Shown: positions 59,402 to 64,000 of the stretch, piece after piece | How the letters are laid out: every line of letters begins with the position of its first letter | Numbering within the stretch: position 1 is the stretch's first letter | Virus genome (UHGV): UHGV-0039337 | Origin: a virus | Length of the DNA stretch: 64,000 nt | Strand: one strand, 5' to 3' | Translations under genes and position numbers: made by a program | The notes under the pieces: model-generated | Told to the model about the DNA's origin: nothing | The model's database searches: none | Seen by the model: only the letters and a program-made list of their open reading frames with translations

Positions 59402-59740
59402 AGAGTCTATAGTACCTGGAGCATTAGGTATTCTTATTTTAGTTTTTAAACCATTACCACTTGTAGGTCTAGCTTGCAATTCTGTGCCTAATGGTATAGA
59501 TGATGCCCAACCAGTGCATGCTAATACTGTTTCTCCTGGCATTATTATCCATGAGGAAACTCCTTTTGCAAAATCTTTATTATCCTCATATGGTTTTTTG
59601 TCTTCATTGAGTCTTTTTAATGCTATTGCAAACACATCCATTCCGCTATCTCCTGGATGTGCATATTTTAATTCTATAGCATCTTCTCTTAATCTTTTTA
59701 CTTTAATAGGCACTTGCGTATAAAAATTCAGTTTAATCAC
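59402..59740 (-). CDS. dut: dUTPase exon 1 (motifs I-III, N-terminal part).
   Basis: LKYAHPGDSGMDVFA (motif I-like) and ARPTSGNGLKTKIRIPNAPGTIDS (motifs II/III). The apparent ORF reads through into the intron for 5 codons before its stop. Confidence 0.75.
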
Positions 59741-59743
59741 TCC

Positions 59744-60283
59744 TTATTTTTTTAATTTTTTACTAACTAAATAGTCTATATATTCTATACCGAAGTTATC
59801 AAACTTACGGCATTTGTCAATTAATTCATTATAGGTCATCCACTTAGCATTCTTAGGTGCATCATATATTTCTTTAATTTTAGCACGATATACTATAGCT
59901 ATATCGTCTGGATTATTTTTTATAGTTTTAATAAATCCAAAATCTTTAACAGTTTTGAGGTCTTTTACTCCACACCTATTAGCATTATATGCTACTATAG
60001 ATTTGATAGGTTCATAATAAAAGATACTTTCTTTAATATAAGCTAAACCATTTCCATTAAATGAGTAACAACCATTACTCATTTTAAATACTAAGTAATG
60101 GTTGTTACTTTCTATTATTAGATATGGTATTATTCTATAGAATAATTTACAGTCATAAGTTACATTTCTATATAGCATATAATTATTATACTTAAGCCAT
60201 AAATTAGACTCGTCTATAGTTAATCCATTATCAAAAGATAGTTTGTATTTTGGTATAACTAATATTTCATTATTCGTCTTCAT
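59744..60283 (-). CDS. Hypothetical protein (179 aa).
   Basis: ORF with a 14-nt overlap with the upstream gene. Confidence 0.45.
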   Translation of the reverse strand: MKTNNEILVIPKYKLSFDNGLTIDESNLWLKYNNYMLYRNVTYDCKLFYRIIPYLIIESNNHYLVFKMSNGCYSFNGNGLAYIKESIFYYEPIKSIVAYNANRCGVKDLKTVKDFGFIKTIKNNPDDIAIVYRAKIKEIYDAPKNAKWMTYNELIDKCRKFDNFGIEYIDYLVSKKLKK

Positions 60284-60557
60284 TATTTAATCCATCTTTT
60301 AAAGTTTTAGAAGCTTTAAATGTGGCTCTTTTTTTAGAAGGTATCATTATTTTTTCTTGTGGATTTCTAGGGTTTCTCCCAACTCTTTCAGCTGCTACTT
60401 TAGTTTCAAATGTACCGAAATTTACTAACGATACTTTTTCTCCTGCTTTTAATTCATCTGTTATAGTATCTAATACTGTATTAACTACTAATGTAACATC
60501 ATCCACTGTTTTGTTTGTTTTTTTAGAAACTTTACTTATTAATTCAGACTTATTCAT
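60270..60557 (-). CDS. hup: HU/IHF-family histone-like DNA-binding protein (comparable to SPO1 TF1).
   Basis: MNKSELISKVSKKTNKTVDDVTLVVNTVLDTITDELKAGEKVSLVNFGTFETKVAAERVGRNPRNPQEKIMIPSKKRATFKASKTLKDGL matches the HU consensus throughout. Confidence 0.8.
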   Translation of the reverse strand: MNKSELISKVSKKTNKTVDDVTLVVNTVLDTITDELKAGEKVSLVNFGTFETKVAAERVGRNPRNPQEKIMIPSKKRATFKASKTLKDGLNNEDE

Positions 60558-60579
60558 AAAAAAAATCCTCCAATGTATA

Positions 60580-60960
60580 TTATTTTTTAGTTATTTTACC
60601 ATTATAAAAATCATCAATACAAGCTACATGACATTTAGCACAATTTTCAGATCTACAATTAGGTATATCTCTTTTTATGAGTTCTTTTTTTACATTATAG
60701 CATTTTAATTTTCCATTTTGTGATGGAATATTTAGATTATAATAATTATTTACACATTGAATTTTATGTATTTCATCTGTGTTTTTATTTTTAAATGACA
60801 TAAAACATATACAATCAGCAACTAACTCATAATTTGTTGTATTGTCTCCTGTTAATATTGCTCTTAAATCATCTATTGGCATACCATCTAATGTATTTTG
60901 ATTTTTTATTAATGATAAATATTCAAATAATTCTACGTTTTTCATGTTTATCACTCCCAT
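60580..60960 (-). CDS. Hypothetical Cys-containing protein (126 aa).
   Basis: ORF. Confidence 0.45.
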   Translation of the reverse strand: MGVINMKNVELFEYLSLIKNQNTLDGMPIDDLRAILTGDNTTNYELVADCICFMSFKNKNTDEIHKIQCVNNYYNLNIPSQNGKLKCYNVKKELIKRDIPNCRSENCAKCHVACIDDFYNGKITKK

Positions 60961-60964
60961 TTCT

Positions 60965-61774
60965 TTACTCTTGTAACATTTTCTTTAATCTTAACAATGA
61001 TTCATCTATTTCATCTATTGTACCAAATTCGGCTTCTAGCATATCTATTAATTGTGGTGATTTATAAGTTATAACTATTAGTAGATGTTGTAAGTTACTT
61101 TTTCCCCTTGATAACTTATACATGTCTACTATATCACCTACAATATCTTCTGCTATATCTATACCTACAAGTATTAATGCATGAGTTTTTGGTATATATT
61201 TATTTTCTTTAAGTGCTTCTTCATCAAATATACTATTTAATATATTTGTCCATGTATTTTTAGGTACTTTAGAATTATAATGAGGAACTGTTGGCTGTAC
61301 TTTTCCAACACATTCAGTATTTTCAAGATCTTTATGGATGAGCACTTTATCTCCTGTTATATTTTCTGTATATGGAATTATTTTATTGCATTTAGTACAG
61401 AATAGTTCATGTCTATCTCCTTTAAGTTGTATATACTGTATATCTTTTGATATCTTATCTTTTAAGTAACCATCAAAGTTAGCATCTATTACCGTATTTA
61501 CAATTCCTAGATTTAATAGTTCCAATAGGGCTTTTTGCTCTTTTGTTCCTGTTGTATTACGTTCATTTTCTGCTATATTTGTTTTATATAATGCCCAATA
61601 TTCTTTAGGCTTTTTTACCATATTTTTTCTTGAATATACTTGTTCATTAAATTCTGTAGCATGAAATAAATGAGCTTCACGTACAATATCATTACCTACT
61701 ATTACCACTGCATCTTTATACTGTAATAAATTATTTTTCATGCTTTCTAATGCTTTACTTTTATCTACTGCCAT
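60965..61774 (-). CDS. Hypothetical protein (269 aa). A weak Rossmann/SIR2-like resemblance was not accepted.
   Basis: ORF. Confidence 0.45.
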   Translation of the reverse strand: MAVDKSKALESMKNNLLQYKDAVVIVGNDIVREAHLFHATEFNEQVYSRKNMVKKPKEYWALYKTNIAENERNTTGTKEQKALLELLNLGIVNTVIDANFDGYLKDKISKDIQYIQLKGDRHELFCTKCNKIIPYTENITGDKVLIHKDLENTECVGKVQPTVPHYNSKVPKNTWTNILNSIFDEEALKENKYIPKTHALILVGIDIAEDIVGDIVDMYKLSRGKSNLQHLLIVITYKSPQLIDMLEAEFGTIDEIDESLLRLKKMLQE

Positions 61775-62236
61775 TTAATTATCATCTCCTTCATCCATTT
61801 CAAGTTCTGAAGTTAATAATTCTAATAATGTTGTATTGTCTGGTTTTTCTGCTATTTCTGCAGCATATAATTTTTCGTAACATTTACTACAATAATGTTT
61901 ATCTATTTCTAATGCTCCTTCTTTATTTAAGTCGGTATCACCATAATAAGCACAACTATCACATACAGAAGTTCCACATTTATTGCACTTATAAATTTCG
62001 CCATAAGTATTTGCACCACAAGTTGGGCATGTTTTAAGTTCTGGTGGATCATAACCATTATTTTTTTCCTCCCTTGGTATATTCTCCATCTTTTTTGTTA
62101 CTAATTTTAATGGCATTATATTATCATTATTATTTTTAATAGGATTAACTATGGCAGAATTAGTATTGTCTCTTACTATAGTTTTTTTTGCTTTTGTTTC
62201 ATCGACTTCTTTTAATGTACAACTATAAAATATCAA
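61775..62236 (-). CDS. Zinc-ribbon protein (153 aa).
   Basis: CPTCG...CNKCG...CDSC...CSKC. Confidence 0.45.
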   Translation of the reverse strand: MIFYSCTLKEVDETKAKKTIVRDNTNSAIVNPIKNNNDNIMPLKLVTKKMENIPREEKNNGYDPPELKTCPTCGANTYGEIYKCNKCGTSVCDSCAYYGDTDLNKEGALEIDKHYCSKCYEKLYAAEIAEKPDNTTLLELLTSELEMDEGDDN

Positions 62237-62309
62237 CTCTGGATTTTTACATATATATTCGTAGTGTTTGCATACTACTTTATGTTTACAATCTGAACAA
62301 AATATACTA

Positions 62310-63437
62310 TCACATCCTTATCTCTTCTCTAATAAATGATTCTATATTTTTTCTTTCTTGTTTTGGAACAAGCTGTAATATATCATCTATTTCTGGACGA
62401 TATCTAGCTTTTAATAAATATAGTTCGTTTAAATAATTAAGTATTATATCTTTAGCTTTCATATATCCATAAGTTATAATCCCTGAGTATATAATATCTT
62501 TTGTTTTAAATCTTTTTTCTAATGCAAAATCAGCAAGGTCATATCCACTAGGTAAAATATATATAAGTGGATATTGTCCTTTGCTGTATATTAAATCAGC
62601 TGCAGATCTTATAGATTTTTGCCCTTTTTCATCATTATCATATAATAATACAGGAATCAATCCTAGTTTATTTATTATCTCATAATGATGTTCTGAAAAA
62701 GAACAACCTAAAGTACATACTACATTATTTAATCCATATTTAGTAGCTAATATTACATCCATTACTCCTTCTGTTATAAATACATATTTTAGAGTTTTAT
62801 CTATATTGTTTATATTATATAAATATGATGATTTATTAAATACAGTATTATTAGAAGAGTGGATATATTTTTTATCTTTTACATTATCTATTCTTCTTTT
62901 ATTGAAGCCTACTATGTTGTTATACATATCATATAATGGAAACGTCAATCTATTTTCTATTATATCATAGCCTAATTCAAATTTAGCTATATCATAACTA
63001 TCTAATCCTCTTTTAAAACAATATTGTTTAACGTTAGTATCTAAATCACGTACATATTTTTCATTTAACTTTTTATTTCTATAATATATCTTTATATTTT
63101 TGTCTTTAGGAAGAGGTAGATTAATTCTTTTAGCTAAATATTCTAAAGATTGTACCCACGTTAGTTTACCTTGATTTATCCATTGAATAAAGGCTATGCA
63201 ATCACTACCATAATTATTGTTTATACCTTTTCTATCGCAATGACATCCAAAACAACACCAGCTATTAGTTTTACTATTAATAGTAAATGATGCTGTACTA
63301 TCATCATGATTCGGATTAGGACATTTACCTGTCCATATATAACGTCCAGCTTTTTTAAGTTCTGTATATTCGCTTGCTAATTCAACTAAATCTGTAGATT
63401 CTTTTACTTTATCTATAAAGTCACGCTGATATTTCAT
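62310..63437 (-). CDS. dnaG: DnaG-type primase (CHC2 zinc finger plus TOPRIM).
   Basis: CPNPNHDDSTASFTINSKTNSWCCFGCH is the CHC2 finger. TOPRIM: VFITEGVMDVILA...LLYDNDEKGQKS. Confidence 0.75.
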   Translation of the reverse strand: MKYQRDFIDKVKESTDLVELASEYTELKKAGRYIWTGKCPNPNHDDSTASFTINSKTNSWCCFGCHCDRKGINNNYGSDCIAFIQWINQGKLTWVQSLEYLAKRINLPLPKDKNIKIYYRNKKLNEKYVRDLDTNVKQYCFKRGLDSYDIAKFELGYDIIENRLTFPLYDMYNNIVGFNKRRIDNVKDKKYIHSSNNTVFNKSSYLYNINNIDKTLKYVFITEGVMDVILATKYGLNNVVCTLGCSFSEHHYEIINKLGLIPVLLYDNDEKGQKSIRSAADLIYSKGQYPLIYILPSGYDLADFALEKRFKTKDIIYSGIITYGYMKAKDIILNYLNELYLLKARYRPEIDDILQLVPKQERKNIESFIREEIRM

Positions 63438-64000
63438 TAATGAACCTCAAATTTATCCTCTTGAGGTACAACTACGACACCTGGTACTATCTTATTATCA
63501 ATAATCAATTCATTGTTATTATTCATTGTCGCATTTTTTTTAAGATCTTTCTTATTGACTTCAGTTTTAGTTCTTATATAATCATTAAGTTTATTTTGTT
63601 GTAAGAATTCTAAGACTTGTTTATCGTCATATATATACTTAGGTTGTTGTTTCTTTATAGTAAGTGTACCATTAGGTAATTTAATAGTCTTTTTATTATT
63701 TTCAGCATATTCATTTAATGTAAATGTTCTTAACGCCTCTTCATAATATGCTATTTGATTATCAAGTGGACGTATTCTATCCTCTCTATATTGTTGATAT
63801 AATTTAAGTTGTCGTTCTACTTCTTGATCTACAAACTCATTTATTTCCTCTTTTTGTTGTTTTAATTTGTTTATTTGCTTTAAATAAAAATCGGCATCAC
63901 TTTTATTTTTAACTAATAGTGTGCCGTCTTCTTTTGTATCTCCTGCTAGTTTAACTTTGAGTTCTTCTACTTCTGCAGCTAGCATAAACTGTTCAAGTTC
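63437..64000 (-). CDS. Coiled-coil hypothetical protein, probably 5'-partial because the frame is open to the window edge. Its stop overlaps the primase start.
   Basis: ORF 63437..63985. The upstream codons to 64000 are in frame with no stop. Confidence 0.45.
   Translation of the reverse strand, partial: ELEQFMLAAEVEELKVKLAGDTKEDGTLLVKNKSDADFYLKQINKLKQQKEEINEFVDQEVERQLKLYQQYREDRIRPLDNQIAYYEEALRTFTLNEYAENNKKTIKLPNGTLTIKKQQPKYIYDDKQVLEFLQQNKLNDYIRTKTEVNKKDLKKNATMNNNNELIIDNKIVPGVVVVPQEDKFEVH

Noticed and set aside
59744-60283. Free-standing homing endonuclease (NUMOD/HNH_3-like) next to the intron-containing dut gene.
   Set aside because: No HNH, GIY-YIG or LAGLIDADG catalytic motif is recognisable in the 179-aa sequence.
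60965-61774. Possible SIR2-like NAD-binding fold (LILVGIDIAEDIVGDI plus a C-x2-C element), which would hint at a defence or anti-defence enzyme.
   Set aside because: The N-terminal GAGIS-type NAD-binding motif and the second CxxC pair are missing. The similarity is too weak to call without a profile search.
1-64000. CRISPR arrays, tRNA genes, integrase/att sites and a terminase/portal/capsid module.
   Set aside because: No direct-repeat/spacer periodicity, no tRNA cloverleaf signatures, and no tyrosine- or serine-recombinase or terminase motifs were found in this window. The head and packaging genes and any integration module presumably lie outside it.

Overview
AT-rich (about 30% GC) dsDNA segment that reads as part of a large tailed phage or prophage of a low-GC Gram-positive (Firmicutes/Clostridia-like) host. 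Evidence: GGAGG-type RBSs, frequent TTG starts, standard genetic code, an Amidase_3+SH3b endolysin and lipobox signal peptides.

Layout:
- 1-24.0 kb (+): late structural block. Tandem paralogous, modular tail-fibre/adhesin-like proteins (5'-partial at the window edge) end in a strong rho-independent terminator at about 23.95-24.0 kb.
- 24.0-26.7 kb (+): AEP primase-polymerase plus DnaB-like helicase.
- 26.8-30.25 kb (+): four-component lysis cassette (exported GH25 muramidase lipoprotein, exported glucosaminidase lipoprotein, holin, Amidase_3-SH3b endolysin), then a terminator.
- 30.3-35.4 kb (+): small early genes and a sigma-70-family factor.
- 35.4-40.5 kb (+): RecJ-like DHH exonuclease and a full-length DnaE-type DNA polymerase III alpha. 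This pair is reminiscent of SPbeta YorK/YorL.
- About 40.54 kb: bidirectional terminator where the two convergent blocks meet.
- 40.9-41.5 kb: roughly 0.6 kb GC-enriched, ORF-free, highly structured region.
- 64.0-41.5 kb (- strand), one long leftward operon: coiled-coil protein (partial), DnaG-type primase, Zn-ribbon protein, unknowns, HU-like protein, a dUTPase interrupted by a group I intron carrying an HNH homing endonuclease, DUF488-like protein, a second DnaE-like polymerase split by a +1 frame change at CCC_UGA, a putative methyltransferase, an SNF2 helicase, a small protein, and a 2613-aa multi-domain peptidoglycan hydrolase (C39-like peptidase, SLT, 2x M23, NlpC/P60, 3D).

Most notable are the intron-split dut gene, the frameshifted second DnaE paralog, and the MTase-SNF2-giant hydrolase operon, which I read as a candidate injected anti-restriction/cell-wall-penetration module.
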